From positions 34,720,001-34,784,000 of the forward strand of contig OZ260667.1 of the NCBI GenBank assembly GCA_965285935.1: a stretch of 64,000 bases of DNA. Direction: 5' to 3'. This document shows positions 12,831-32,200 of this stretch, piece by piece. Made by a program: the position numbers and the translations under genes. The notes beneath the pieces are model-generated. The model was not told the origin of the DNA. It worked only from the letters and a program-made list of their open reading frames with translations, and ran no database searches. The stretch is from Ophelia neglecta. Taxonomy: Eukaryota. Positions within the stretch are counted from its first letter, which is position 1; each line of letters starts with the position of its first letter.

Positions 12831-13580
12831 CTTAACTCGAAAGGTTGATAGGCCCACTTTTCGTTTTTTGTCTGTTTTTTTTGGTAAAAAAAGCCAAAGT
12901 TGTCTCACCTTTCATAATAACACAATATATTATTCCTAGGAATTAGTCTCATGTTTGGTGACTTAAGAGTCTCTTTTAAAAAGTCTTCTAACCGTGGGAC
13001 GGCCATTCCCAACCTATTATCATATTATGCTATAGGCTGTTTGTAAAAAAATTAGGTTTTCCCGGATATGCGATTTTGGGAACGATCGTCGCTCTCAATA
13101 TGTTCTGGAAGTGTGGGCTCCGGGTACGAAAAAAAGTCGGTGAATAGTGCGAATCATTTAGCTACTGGGACCAAAGTGTGACCTACAGGCCTAGGCTATG
13201 GTTGGGAAATAATATTCATTGCCTTGGATTTGACAAGTCATGACCAGTTTTCAGCCAATAGGCTTAATTACCAGCTTTAAATGTTCACCCAATGCTAGCT
13301 AGCTTACAATAAATTGAACTACCTATATCTATTATAAATCTCTTTCATAAGACTGTGTTATTCTGGTAGAAACCATAGCTACAGAAGCGGTCTTCATGTG
13401 AAATTTCTGCGAAATAGTACCTGGCCTCTAGGTTGGTTATGATTTGCTCATTATCCAATATTTCATCGAAAATGGATTTTCCAGAAAATTGCCAACCTTC
13501 TGTAATAAAATCCGTTTCAATATATCTATCACAATGTTAATATCACAGTGACACATTTCTCTTTTCACTTTAAGCACACG

Positions 13581-14963
13581 ATGATGTCTAGAGTTGCAGC
13601 AGCAGTTCTCTTGACGTGTTTCCTGTTCACAGCGCATGCGGCACTGACAGCCCAACAACTGACGACGCTCACCGCCAGCAAGCTTCTGAATGTCTCCATT
13701 GTTGACGGTAATTACCAATTTGTCAGCAGCGGCCTTCCTGACCACGAAGTAGGGAATGTCAATCCGAACGAGGCCACGGATGCTGACCACCAGATAAACA
13801 TTCCAATGAACCCCACAGAGGCCAAGACTCCTGGATGTCTCAGGCTTGGAACAATAGGTAAGGGCGGCCATAGCATATGAACACGGGCCAAGGTCATACG
13901 AAAATGAAGGAGAAAAGCCTAAATTACAGGGCTCTAGTCGGTTGAACTTTGACAGTAATCCTGCCATATCTTCACAATCTTGATTTGAGAAAATGTAATG
14001 TGAGTTATTTGAATTCTCATTTTATGTCTTCACGGCAACACTTCTAAACCGCGTTTCTTTCAAGGTCTTGCCATAAATGGTGTTCCATTTTACTCACCGT
14101 ACACTGGGGAAGGCTACAATGCAGTTGAGGGAGAAAACAAAGAGATATTGGACGACTGCTCTGGCCATCCGAGCCCCAACGGACACTACCACTACCACTA
14201 CCTATCGCCATGTATTTGGACAGAAGGCGCAAGGGATAAATTACTTGGCATAGCACTCGACGGGTATATACAATTAATATAATTTTATCATATCTTAGCG
14301 AGTTGTCAATCAGATTTGTAAAAGATAGATGGCAGAATCAGCTATATACCTACTGAGTCAGCGGTTAGGCCTAACGGTCATGTATAATAAAGATCATTTT
14401 GGATTTTCTGAGTAGGCCTATTTAATTAAAAATGATGTCATTTTTAATACAAACCCCGCTGGTTCTTCAGTTATCTGATATACGGACCGATAGACGCCGA
14501 CGGAAACACTTTGACCACAGCTGACCTTGACTTTTGTCATGGCAAGGTCGTTGATGGTGTCTACCGTTACCATATTACACAAGACTTCCCTTACATTCTC
14601 GGATGTTACCATGGAGACTTACTTGAAACCACTGATATGATGGGAGGAGGCGGCGTGCCGCCTGGACAGATGCCACCACCAGGAGGCATGCGCCCACCAC
14701 CACCTGGAGGGATGGGACCACCGCCACCTGGAGGGATGGGAGGCGGAGGAACGATGAATCCCTGTGTATACGCTAACGCAACCGACGTATCCGCTCAATT
14801 TGAGGCACAGCGCAACGGTGGAAACCAGACACCCAACGACGGCGACGGCAACGGCAACGGGGACGAACAAAGCAATGGTGGCAGTCCCATTGCCGCTTCT
14901 CGGACAGTGACGACTTTAACAGCAGAACTGCTCGCTACAATGATTTGCCTACTGGTTAATTAA
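13581..14963 (+). CDS. Secreted, probably GPI-anchored YHYH-domain protein (3 exons, about 322 aa)
   Basis: Exons 13581-13857, 14065-14263 and 14471-14963 with GT-AG introns and consistent phases. Signal peptide; motifs SSGLPDH, IGLAINGVPFY, LDDCSGHP..GHYHYH, LLGIALDGYLIYGP, DLDFCHG..YRYHITQDFPYILGC; then GGMxPPPP repeats and a hydrophobic C-terminus. Confidence 0.88.
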
Positions 14964-16249
14964 GTGTATGTATAATATTTAAAGATAATAGTAAGCAATG
15001 AACTTCTTATGTTTACCGTTACTGAATATTAAATTTGTGCTATTTCTGCATCGCCTTGAATATTTGAGGTCAAACTTTTAAATCTTCGTGGAAAATGCAT
15101 CAAAGTAGATCCACCCTCTTCTATACTTTTTCGCGATTGGCGCCACTTGTGAATGATTGGCGTTACATTGCCAAAATCAAACAGCCTAAACAAACAGTTC
15201 GATTCATCTGATTATCCCCAACGTTAAAAGTAAATGACCTCTCTCGTCTATATACACATCTTTTCTGGAGAGTATCAATGTATACAGATTTGTAGGTTGG
15301 GAAGTCACGTAGCTGTCCATGCAATAAATGTTATGCGCATTTTTGCCAAATTGAGTTAAACATTGATTCGTATGAATACTTACACTTGGTGAAAAGCCCT
15401 AGCGTTTTTTCTTCACAAAATAAAACCTTTGTATAACAGTCTTTTATTCCCGGTGACAAAAAGAGCTAGATGTGGAATGAGAACAAATACTCCTCTTGCT
15501 TGTCCACTGCTTGCACATACATGTAGGATGAACATAATGAACAGGCTCAGTCGTGAAAAAGTTTGGTTATTCGCAAGAGGGAGGGGGAATAATAATAATG
15601 ATAATAATGATAATACAGTGTTAAGAATTAGATTTCATTTATCGACCGCTGATACAGCGCGCGGTGTTACCTCAATTGCACGAATTCCAAGCTTACATAT
15701 CTATTCAGTCTACAGAAACTTCTTCTCGCACTATATTGGTTGATATTAGGTCAACTTATCTTTAACTGGGACAGTGTCTTGACCAATCAAAATCTCAGAA
15801 TTTTGACAAAATGGTAGCAAATTTGCTATAATTTTCTGCACATGGTTCTTGATAAAAGTACTTGGGTAGCAGCTAAATGTAAATTATCAACTCACCAGTT
15901 TCAATTGAATCTTCATATAATAAGCTTTCCTTATCAGAGTTCAAATGTTCCAGTAAAAAGAAGGTATCCTTAAATGTACACTACTAATGTAGTCCATAGG
16001 TTCAATGATAACATATTTTTCAACAAAAGTCTCCTTTAAAAATGGGACTTTTGTGTTACAAACTTTCAAGACCAAAATTATGAATAAAATGCCATAGGAA
16101 ATTTATCCCTGCATTGCTGTGAAAAATTTCATAACCATGAGGCCATCCGTTTGTGTCTGTTTCATAGAAATCCAGCATGGCTGACTTTCACCATTTCTTG
16201 TATTGCAAATATTTCCACAAAATAGCTGTATAATGTCAATTATGACCAC

Positions 16250-16530
16250 TGATTCGTACACCAAAGCCGCGCGCTTATGAATATCCAATCGTTTTAAAGG
16301 TGTTTTTAGCTTGTCGACATTATATAAGTAGTTTCTAGTTTCGATGAAATCGCTATGTTCACCATGTACAACAGAATGTATTGGATGGTGAACTGGCACT
16401 GGCAGGGGACACAAAATGATGGATCATCTCTCTTTAGAAAATCAGATGAGCCAATGGGCAGACGACATTTGTTCCAATCGTCTCTCCGAGAGCTAAGAGG
16501 CTGTCTTAAACATTTGAGTATGGAAGGGTA
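16250..16530 (-). mobile_element. Degenerate 3' fragment of an I/Nimb-like LINE
   Basis: RRDD..CRLPIG..FLKRDDPSFCVPCQCQFTIQYIL, then DFIETRNYLYNVDKLKT in another frame. This resembles the C-terminal Zn-finger region of I-group ORF2. Confidence 0.5.
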
Positions 16531-18046
16531 GATAGAGAGCAATGGTGTTTTTGGTGGCAAATAGTTAAGGGTTGGCATGGTGAGACATAAGAGAAGGCAG
16601 GGTTGGCGGGGTCAGTGTGTAACTTTATTGCTTAAATTCTAAAATACACTTATTAAAAATATATATGATTATTACACTGACCTATCGATTAATTTGACAA
16701 AGTATCATTGACTCTGGACACACCTTAATATTTACAATCAGTGGTCCAGGTGATCCACCTGTTCTCATTTACATGGCCTAGGTGGGGTGGGAGATGGTGT
16801 GGTGGCACTATATTTACAGGGACAGAGTCAAGGAGATTGACGATCCACAGGGAAGGGTCGTTTGGTCTGATTTGAGTAGAATTTTATCTTGTTATTGTGC
16901 TTATTATAAATGATTGAACGCCTTCTCACTGTACTGTTACCCTGGAAACGGATTTTCAGATACTTGAGAACACAGCATTTGAATTCGAAATGGCACTTAC
17001 CGATCAGCCCTCTAGTTTCTTTCCTTTACGCCCTCTAGTTTCTTTCCTTTACATTATTAGTATCAATACGAGATATCGGAACTGTAAGAAATGTTACATA
17101 ACACCTGATAAGGCGGCTATAAGCCGGCTGGTTTGTTTACTCTCTCATCGCAATCCCCAGATCAAACGGGAAGCCACATATCTCAGCTGTACCATGGGGC
17201 TGCAGACTTGAGCAAGAATTGGTCAGGGGGTGTTTTTTTTAAACTGGAACGGGGGATATAGACATTTATTTATTTTGGTGGTAGATGCTGTTAGGACATC
17301 ATGTATCACTAACAAGGATCACAACATACACGATCAAGATCTTATAATTACTGCATGAAAACGTCCTTTTGACAATTTTCCATTGCGTGGAACTCGTAAA
17401 TTAAAAAAAAAAAACATTACCGGCGGCACTTACCCAATAGGAAAGGAACCCCCCCCCCCCGGGCTTGTAAGTAGGCTGGCCGATTTCTTCGTTTAACGCG
17501 TAATAATCCTTCCGTCCTTGAATACACGGACATGAATTAAGGTAATCTTAAAAGGACACAATTTTAATGCCACTTTAGTGTCAGTGTTATCGTCTTGACT
17601 GCTAAGATATTATGTGGATTTTCCACATCGCAATACTATACTATTTAAATGATTTATTGACCTTCGGTGAAGAGCCACGATTATAATTCTAAATCAAATA
17701 CCCTACTGACCGTGCGATGGCCAAAGATTAATTATCTGGGTGTGGGCTTATGCAGCCAAATTGCACAATTGCCTCAGTCTGAACTTTGTGGAGGATGCGC
17801 ACTATTTGATAGTTTTATACTAATCTGCGCCATTACACACTTTTCGTGTTAAATTAAACTGACATTTGATCCGGAATTGGCCATTTTCTTCAAATGAACA
17901 CCAGAGAATAGCACATGAGGTTCAGATATATTGGTGTCAACGCTTCTACCAGTAACCATCGTTGTATGATTGTCCTTGTGCGGATTTCTTCATTAACTCC
18001 ATACATGTAAGTACTGTTGTAATGACGACTGAGTGGTCAACGCACC

Positions 18047-18221
18047 TGTGAAACCTGTGAATTAAGACAACCAAAGGGGCTTGAAAAGAGTCTGATTGTG
18101 GAAGTGGTCTGTTTACCAGGGGTATTTACATTGAAAGCATGTATTTTGGTCATCTTATTAGTGGTTCGAATTAACAGGTGCTCTTTATATAGACGTGGTC
18201 TTTAAGGCAGGTACCACTATA
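18047..18221 (+). mobile_element. Degenerate Tc1/mariner/pogo-like MITE (a related copy lies at 43731-43860)
   Basis: GTGAAACCTGTGAATTAAGAC..CCAAAGG is shared with 43731. The right end ..GTGGTCTTTAAGGCAGGTACCACTATA is a partial inverted copy. Confidence 0.5.
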
Positions 18222-18411
18222 TATATGAAAAAAAACATTCATAGAAAAAATAACATGTGCCCTATTTTAATTTTAAACACTCACACTGTAGGTGCATGAG
18301 TCTCTTTTGTAGAACTCGTCTGTTTAAAACCTAATCAAACTAAACATATACGGATAATACCATCGCTCTTCATATAATATAGCTACTCTTTAAGTAGAAA
18401 TCTAATATATA

Positions 18412-18412
18412 A

Positions 18413-18461
<49 letters not shown>
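18412..18461. repeat. (CA)n(TA)n microsatellite
   Basis: Directly visible in the sequence. Confidence 0.9.
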
Positions 18462-18462
<1 letters not shown>

Positions 18463-19739
18463 TCAATGACCTTGCTAACACATCTAAATCTGCGTGGAAC
18501 CGCGTAAATGGACTTTGAGCTAGATCGAGTTTAGTGAGATGGTAAAGAGCCATCCATCTAGCTTACCGATTTGTTAAGTGCACAGTTCTATTCATTTTGG
18601 GAAATGTTCACTGTTATTCCCGATAAAAAACAGGTTGTAACTAAAAGGTCACGAGTAGCCAATAACCCACCATCATTTTCGTTAGCGGATACCATCCAGG
18701 AAAGGATTATTTTGTTGAGGCATTTTCTGCACTGGTTAGCTGCCTGGCTGTAACGTTATTACTCAATTAGACACATTGGACACTGACAAGTGGGCGCCGC
18801 CCCCGTATAGTTTAGGGTAAGTCAACAATGTTAGAATGAACCGTGCATAAAAGGGTCACATACGATGGACCATTAAGCTTATAAGCATCAATGTTATTAT
18901 TATTACGAACACATATATTATGATTTATGGGTCTGAAATACTCAGTTTCCATGACGGCCAGGAGATTGAAAGATTCACCCGTTGAAAAAACCGCAATGAA
19001 TGAAATGGTGTATCATAAAAGCGGGAGAATCCGTATTATTTATGTGAAACATCTGAGAGTTCTTTAGATCTGGGCACAACTTAACACTATGTCGAATAAT
19101 GGTAAGAGTGCAAAGATTAACTATTGGCTAATTGGAAATGACCTGAAAACAACTTGGAATAATTCTGTTGGGATTTGAGGGAGTTCAGTTGAATTGCGGG
19201 CATGCGGATACAATATGTTGATATTTGAGGTCAGAGGGAGAGAGTTAGATGATTATTGTAACTATGCCTATATATATGTGCATTTCCAAATCATTGTCAT
19301 TATAGAAATGCACATTGCTGTTCGGTACTCACTGTTAACTCTCTCTTAATGAACTTCAGGGATCATTTACACTATATTATAGTTCCAAAGTCGGGTCCGG
19401 GGTCCACCCTGCACCCAGTTTAAAGTGAACAAACAGTTTCATAGGGCCTGACATGTTCGGGGAGCTAGCTTTAGAGACTGGGGCATGCCACAGAGAAAAC
19501 TCTATGGCCTCTATCACAGTTTTGGACAGAATTATGGCTGGCTATCATCCGTTGTCACTGCAAAGAAGTTTACTTATAGTTGTGTGTCGTCTGCATAAAA
19601 ATGATGCTACAGACCATATCCTTATCAAGTCACCAAAACAAGGCACAGGACCTAAAACAGGTCTTTGTTGGACGCCACTACTTAGATGTTTTCTGTTTAA
19701 TGAAACTGTTTATAAAAGATTTTAGAAGTTAAATGCTCT

Positions 19740-20000
19740 TTGAGGCGGGGTAAACTTTATCAGTTTTGACCCAAGGTTAAGTTCGACACGGGATGATAAT
19801 TCTTTGGGATATCTGGGCTAGTTTTGCTTTTTTCAATAATGGCATGGTATGTTTAAATGCTATGTTTAAATGACACTGGGACGGAGCAACTTGAAATACT
19901 CAAGTTGACCAGCATTGTTAAAATAACGACACATTCCTCCTAGTAATCGTTCAGAAGCAATGCTGGGACAGGATCGAGCGAGCAGATTTTTGAAGGTTAG
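19740..20000 (-). mobile_element. Highly decayed L2/CR1-like RT fragment
   Basis: Reading across frameshifts gives NLSISSCSVPVSFKHSI..MPLLKKAKL..PKNYHPVSNL, resembling the NYRPVSNL motif. Confidence 0.45.
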
Positions 20001-21025
20001 ACACCAAACAGGTTACGGATTTAATCCCCGGATGCTTTTTCAAAGCTGCTTAGTTTTGTCCCGGTTAAGGTAAATAACTCCTCTTGGTAATGAGTTTAAA
20101 AGACCACATTTAATTCCGTTCCCAATGTTTGTTATCTTATTAACAAAATAAGTCTCATATCAGTTCGCCAGTTCATTGCAGTAGTTGTTTAAAGAGGAGG
20201 CGTTGAATCTTCTTTGTCGCAAGAATTTGCTTGGGAAGCTTAAACAGTTCCTTCTAATTACAAGCATTCTCAGTCAAAGAATTGTAGTAAGCTTCTTCGG
20301 CTTCATCGATCACAGAGCAAACCATTTAACACGAGGCTTTGCAGGCCTGTACGCCTGCATTGCCTCTCCAACTTGCGACAGTTTTTTCTGTGGTCCCTGT
20401 TCGTAATTGTATACCTCGGTGACTCTGAGTGAAGGGGGGGATGGTTTTTTGTTTTGTTTAAGGCGCATGCTTATCCAGTATGGCTTTGGCAGACTTTTTA
20501 TAGAATTAGAGTATCTCCTCAGCAGTTTGAATAGCGTTCTGGCCCAGAAAAGCATCTACAAGATCATGCATCGGTCACATGAAGCTCCCCGGGCGTCTTA
20601 TCCAAGTTACAAAGCTCCGAAGGGTGATCTGCCTCATAACCCTCCTAGACATGTTAGGAGGCAACGAGCTGGTCTGTTCTCCGACAGATACTGATGATCA
20701 CTAACAGATAAACAGTGACTGTCTGTCAACTGCTCGTTAACGAGTAATGAGTTTGTCAAGAACATGTCCTTTATTGTGGCTGCTCTCTGTTACGAGCCGT
20801 TTTAGTCAAGCAACCTGTTTAGATGGAAAGAAACTTCTTTGCATTAGAATCTCTGGCCTGTTGGACAAGGATATTGAAGTCGCTTAAAAGCAACATTATA
20901 GTTTGCTTTGAGTGTTTTGCTTGCACTGCCTGTGTAAGGAGAATCCTCGTTTTTTCAATCAAAACTTCAATAACTAGAGACCTGGCATACTGACAATCTA
21001 TTTTTGTGTTCTTCTTCCAGAAATC

Positions 21026-26473
<5,448 letters not shown>

Positions 26474-29230
26474 ATGAACTAATTAACCCTGTGCGGACCA
26501 GTTAGATTCGCGGTACTTGTTCTACCGTCAATATATAGTCGACGCTATAAACCTGTTTTAATATCATAATGATTTACTGTCTCAAAATACTATAAAGGTA
26601 TAAAGTACCGAGGATTTGAATAAAAATGGGCACCAATTACCGGCGTCAGTTGACCCGTTGTGTTTTTCAGGCCGACAAAAATACTTATTAAAATACTAGA
26701 CATGTTATTGGATGTTATGTTATCTTAGTGCAAGAATATAAATGTTTACAAATTCCAGTTGTGAATAATTTATTTTCTGTCTTACCATATCCTGTGCATT
26801 GTGGCCTTAAACGTTATATACAAGTGGCTGGGGGTCGTATCATAATAAGACACGCGCTGGAAGCTGCAATGATTTTAACGTAAATAGGATGTTTGGTATA
26901 CATCTTAGCTATAGCAATGTCCGAGCGACATTTTTCTGTTAACGGGAGGCCAGTATGAAGAGGAATGGTATATATAGAAGTGGTGTCACACAAGGAATAT
27001 AGTAACTACAATCTTAAATGGGTCATTCGCAATAGAAGGAAAACGGGCATTTCGCCTTTATATTGTTGTAGTCGACTCCGCTGAGTGCCATTTTGCTTAC
27101 TAGCTGCTGTCAAGGGGAGAGTGTGTGGTAAAAACATGGACCCGCCTCTGATGGCCTATGACTCCCCCCCCCCCCCGCCCCCCCCCCCTGTCATGCATTT
27201 GTGCCTTGGTTGCAAGTGTTACTTTGAGTAACGAATATAACCAACATTTGATGTTTAAGAGGCCATTCTCTAAATTAAAATATTCCAAAGAAGTTTTTAG
27301 TCAATCACGGCGTTCAACTCTGGGTTATATAACTTCGCCAGTCTGGGCTAGGTACGCTAGACAATACCTGCAGTTCGTAGATATGTCAGTGCATGTGTGC
27401 TTAGTCAAGTGCAGGCAGCAATCTCGTTACACCGAACCGCCGTTTCGTATGCAACCTGAAGGTGAACGGATCACGTCTAGAAGTTCTGCTCCGTGGTAAA
27501 AATGGAGACAAACAGTGACAGCGATATGTGGCTCATCCAGATTAGACCTTTGGATAAAACCTTCGATTCCCCCAATGCAGCCGAAGCAGCTGAAAGTCTC
27601 CCAAACCTCGGCGACACAAGATATGAGGAGTTTGATGCATACACAGAGCCTTCATGGGGTGAAACAAATACATGTATATCCATCAAGGAGCCAACAATCA
27701 GTATATGCCCTGCAGAGTTTTCCCATATACTGACGAACTGGTCGCATCTTGTGAAAAAGTGGAATCTGATAAGGGTATACTAACTATTATTTCGAACAGT
27801 ATCCCGTTTTGGAGCAAATGCTCTAACTGACCAAGAAGTGGCCGAGAATCCTTGGTAAAGTAGAAACCGATTTCTGCAGTCTGCACTAAGTATGTTAGGT
27901 AGAGCAAAGGCACGCAGTTTATAAACATAAAGGCAGGCACTCTTTTACTAGCTCTACCACATGCACACAATTTACTTACACTAGCAAAGGCACACAGTTT
28001 ACTAAAACTAACACAGGCGCACAGTTTTTTACTAACACTATATTTATTATCAGCGTCAAACTTGCCATGGCATGCTTCTAGAGAGTAAACTAGTAGCAAA
28101 CCAAAAATGAACAATACGACAATGATGGCGCGTCAGCCAATTTAAAACACCATTCAAGCGAATCATCTTAACCAGGCCTACCATGTTTAGTCGAAACAGG
28201 TCATATTAAAACAGGCAACTTATTGCCTATAGATTAATGTTTATTTTGTGGCCCAAATTCAGTGGCGGATAATTTCTTACTCCTGTGTCATTTCATATTA
28301 CAAATTTTATCATTTTGATTCAGTAACAAAATATATTTTCTTAGTGCAAGTTTTCAAGATACAGGAGAGCTCAAAAATTGTATTTAAAGTAGCGATGAAG
28401 GCATCCTGTACGTACTAGTTGATTTAGAACAGTTTAGGCCTACCAACTTTGTAATAACTCTTATATGCCCACAGGGCACTATGTTCTTGTTCTGATGTTC
28501 TGATGCCTTCCTTTTTATTTGTTTTTATATATTTTTTATATAATATTATGTCTTGTGACGAAAAAACCTATCTAACTACCCACCTATCTCATTTTAATAT
28601 TCATTTGTGTATGTATACGTATAGATCTTTGTCCACTCCTTCGCGTAATTTTGGGCCTCGATACTATTAATTGAATCAAAAATGAATAATAATAATTAGT
28701 CGCGATTTGCATCTTTCCCACAATCTTATTGACCTATGTTTGATTAAAATGTAAGACCGATATTCATCTCTCATCAGACAAGATGCCCGAGGCGAATCTT
28801 TCAGTCTCACATAAGTTAATAATGCATTCAACATTGCACTCCTTGGTTCTAATACAGGAAGAGGCACGAGTTGAATTAACAATAGCTATAATATAACCGA
28901 TTGATTAAAACTGAGACACATTGAGATACTTGTAATAAATATGCCCGAGGCAGAATAACTACTAACATATAACCGATTGGTGCTTATATACTTATAAATT
29001 ATACACTAGCCCCCCAGACAAACGAAACAAACGGTGTTAACATTGTTGTATTACAACAGGCAGTCTTGCCAGTCTACTTTGAATTACTAAGAGGCGCTGT
29101 CAGCTTGAGGTAAGAGTCAGATATAGCTTCTCTAAACAGACGACTTCCTTTTAAAGCCGAGGATCCAGAAGCAGACAACTAAAAAGGTTTATTCCTGTGT
29201 AAAGAGTATCTGCCGGTCGGGTGGTGAGCC

Positions 29231-32200
29231 ATGATGATTTCGTGGGTCTTGCCGCTAGTTAATGTACTGGCAATAATTCCACTCTTGCAAGGTGAGTTTG
29301 CGAGCACAATTACACGATTTTACTTATATATTATATTGATTTATTTACTTATAATGTCCGTGCCGCTAAGTGTATAGGGTGCGGAAAAATGGTTTCAAAA
29401 GTCACTGTCTAAGATGATTTGTTTGCCTAATGTTTTCTTCAAGATCACATCGACAATCATGCAGCAAAAGATCAAACTAAATGTATCCTAGATAACCGTT
29501 GGATTAATCGTATAATTATTATGAAGCATCTAAGCTTTTAAAATATTCTAATAATCCGTTCGTTCGAATGTCTGAAGCTGTGATTACGTCCAAATGAAGC
29601 TTCCTCTGCCTTGATCAGTCTATAGAAAAGACATTATTATAGTTGGAGATATGCGCTCTACATAGACGGAAAAAAAAGAGAAACAAAATAATGGCGCCAT
29701 CAAGCATTTTTGTTGAGCAAAAATGTCGGTCGAATACCTTTTCCGTTAGCCGCAAAACGCAAATGGTATCCTTATGAATTGGTTGCTTAGCTGTTGATTA
29801 TGTGAAGCAATAGTCGGATTGTCATTTTTTTTTCAAACCTCAGTTATAAAGTGTGTCTGAAAGAGAACATAATGATTCACCGTATCTGAAATATTTTTAT
29901 ATTTTGAACCTAGGTAGCCTCCTGGACTTAATTAAAGATGAAAACAGTGTGGATCAATTATTGAGGGAGGTAGCTCCCGAGGTATTTTACGAAGTGAGGC
30001 CGCGAGTGTTTAACAAGCATGGGAGAAATCCTCACCCGATACACTCGGCAAACAATCCGCCCCAACAACCCCCATCAGCTCCTCAGGCACCTCCCCCACG
30101 GCCTCCACCGAGCTACCAACAGGCTGCTTTAGTACCACTACCACCACCACCACCACCACCTTCTCCTCCAGTCTCTGCCCCACCCCCTCCCCCTCCCCCT
30201 CCTCCTCCCCCTCCGCACAGGTTTCCCCCACCATCTCCCACATCTCAACAAAATCTGCCACCTCCAATACTTCAAGGCAATGCACCATCGAATGGAATAC
30301 AATCTAGGTATGCCTCGAACGGCTACCAGCAAGCACAGCATTTAGGAAACTCGCCACCTCCACCTCCGCCACCCCCTCCTCCACCATCTTCCCCACAATA
30401 CCCATCACCGTACGATTTAATGGTGATGCATTTATTGGAACAAGTGACGAATCCTGAGGGAAATCAGCCTCAAGACTCTCAGCCGCTCTATCCACCACAA
30501 CGTCCTCCCCAGGCTCCGCAAAACCCTGCACCCTCCAGAACCCAATACGCACAGCCCCCGCCTCAACAGCCTCCGCCCATAGCTCAGTACCATCCAGCCT
30601 ATCCTCCACCCCAGTATCCACCTCCTCAGCCACAAAACCCTCCTCCACCTCCTCCACAATATCCTCCGCCCCAGCCTCCACCTAACTATCCCCCACCCAA
30701 GCCACATGGATATGCCCCGCAACCTAGACATCAAAGTCAACCGCCTAGACGATACGAGTCAAGGCCAAAACTACTCTTCACAAAGTCAGATGATGAGTGT
30801 AAGTTATCTTTTTTATGGTTTCCTTGATTTCAATATATTTAGCAACTTATCCTGTGCAAATTGTATTATTATGCCATAGAATATGCAGTTTCCCTTCTGC
30901 TGCTTAGCAGGACGACTAAGTTAGAATTAAGCATGTTGAAAACTGGTTAGATGTTCTGTAATCTATAATACTGGCTACTCACCAAATGTGTGTAACATCT
31001 TTGCGATAATTTGAATTATTCGCGATCCTGTTTTAATGTTCACCTCGTAGCAGCTGTATACATATAATATGATCTCTCCACAACAGTGGGTATTGTTTCC
31101 ATCCATCACGGCTCTTATCTACCTGGAGGATCTCGAGTGTACGGGAAGTATAAAAATCTCAAGTCATGCATGCGCGCATGCGCCGGAAGCCCAGCATGTT
31201 TTGCCGGAGACTACAATCCTTGGTTGAACCAATGTTTTTTCCATAGCAACCAAACTGCATGTGGAACCATGCAAATTCACCCGAAGATTACGCACTTCAA
31301 AAAAGCCCCCTGTGATCGTAAGTGTTTAACTTCTAAAGACGAATACAGTATTTTTCTAAACTTGATTTTAATATATATTTGACTAGGCTTATATGTATTT
31401 ACGTCCTTATGCATGATAGGCGGCCTACAAGGACAATAACTGAGCAAAACCTAGAACTTGGCAAGTACAAATGATTCATGGTTATATGGCATTTATTTTT
31501 GGATCCTACCACCTCCGGACTCGCTAAAAATGATACCTCCCCCAACCCCCAGAAACAGATAATCTAATAAACCCTCCACGCCAGGTCAAGGATGTTTTAT
31601 AGGCATTTCAAACCCAATCCTTCAATTTTCAAAAAAATCCCTAAATTAGCTGATGTCAAAATGAGTAGAGATGGTCAGCAGCATTTCTGTTTAGATTCGG
31701 TTAGGCCTTATCACATCTGAAGACACTATTGAAATCAAACCGTAAATCTCTGAATAGACAACAGTTTGTAGAGTTATTCCGATCCAAATAAGAGGAATAG
31801 CAGTAGATTTCATGGTGTGATCATTTCGGGGGCAAACGGTTCTACGCCTGTACATTTAATTCCCGGATATTTAACTAAGTTAATGCTCTAGACATACATG
31901 CAGAAGATTGAGAGTTTAATAGACGATAACGGAATATTTCACATCGCGTTTCTAAGTATTAGATATAGCATGGGTTGGTATTTTGTAATGGAGGCCATAG
32001 ACCAGATAACCTTATACCGACTCTAGCAAACGTCCGCTGCTTGGTACGTCCTTTAGCTATATCTACTCTCTCAGACCTAATAAGATATCTGATAAGATAG
32101 AGTATTAAATCAAGAAAGGCTCCTTAGATGATTTGCAATTTGCCTTTAAGTCTGGCTTTGTGCATTAAATATTTGTCCATTTTTGGTGGATTGGCAATAA

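Noticed and set aside
27158-28114. Cluster of 70-138 aa ORFs on both strands, with short AGTTTACT/CACA repeats
   Set aside because: No recognisable domain or consistent splice chain. It may be a decayed LINE 5' region, but I cannot support that.
30010-30740. Minus-strand ORFs rich in W/R/G/V/E
   Set aside because: They are antisense shadows of the polyproline exon.
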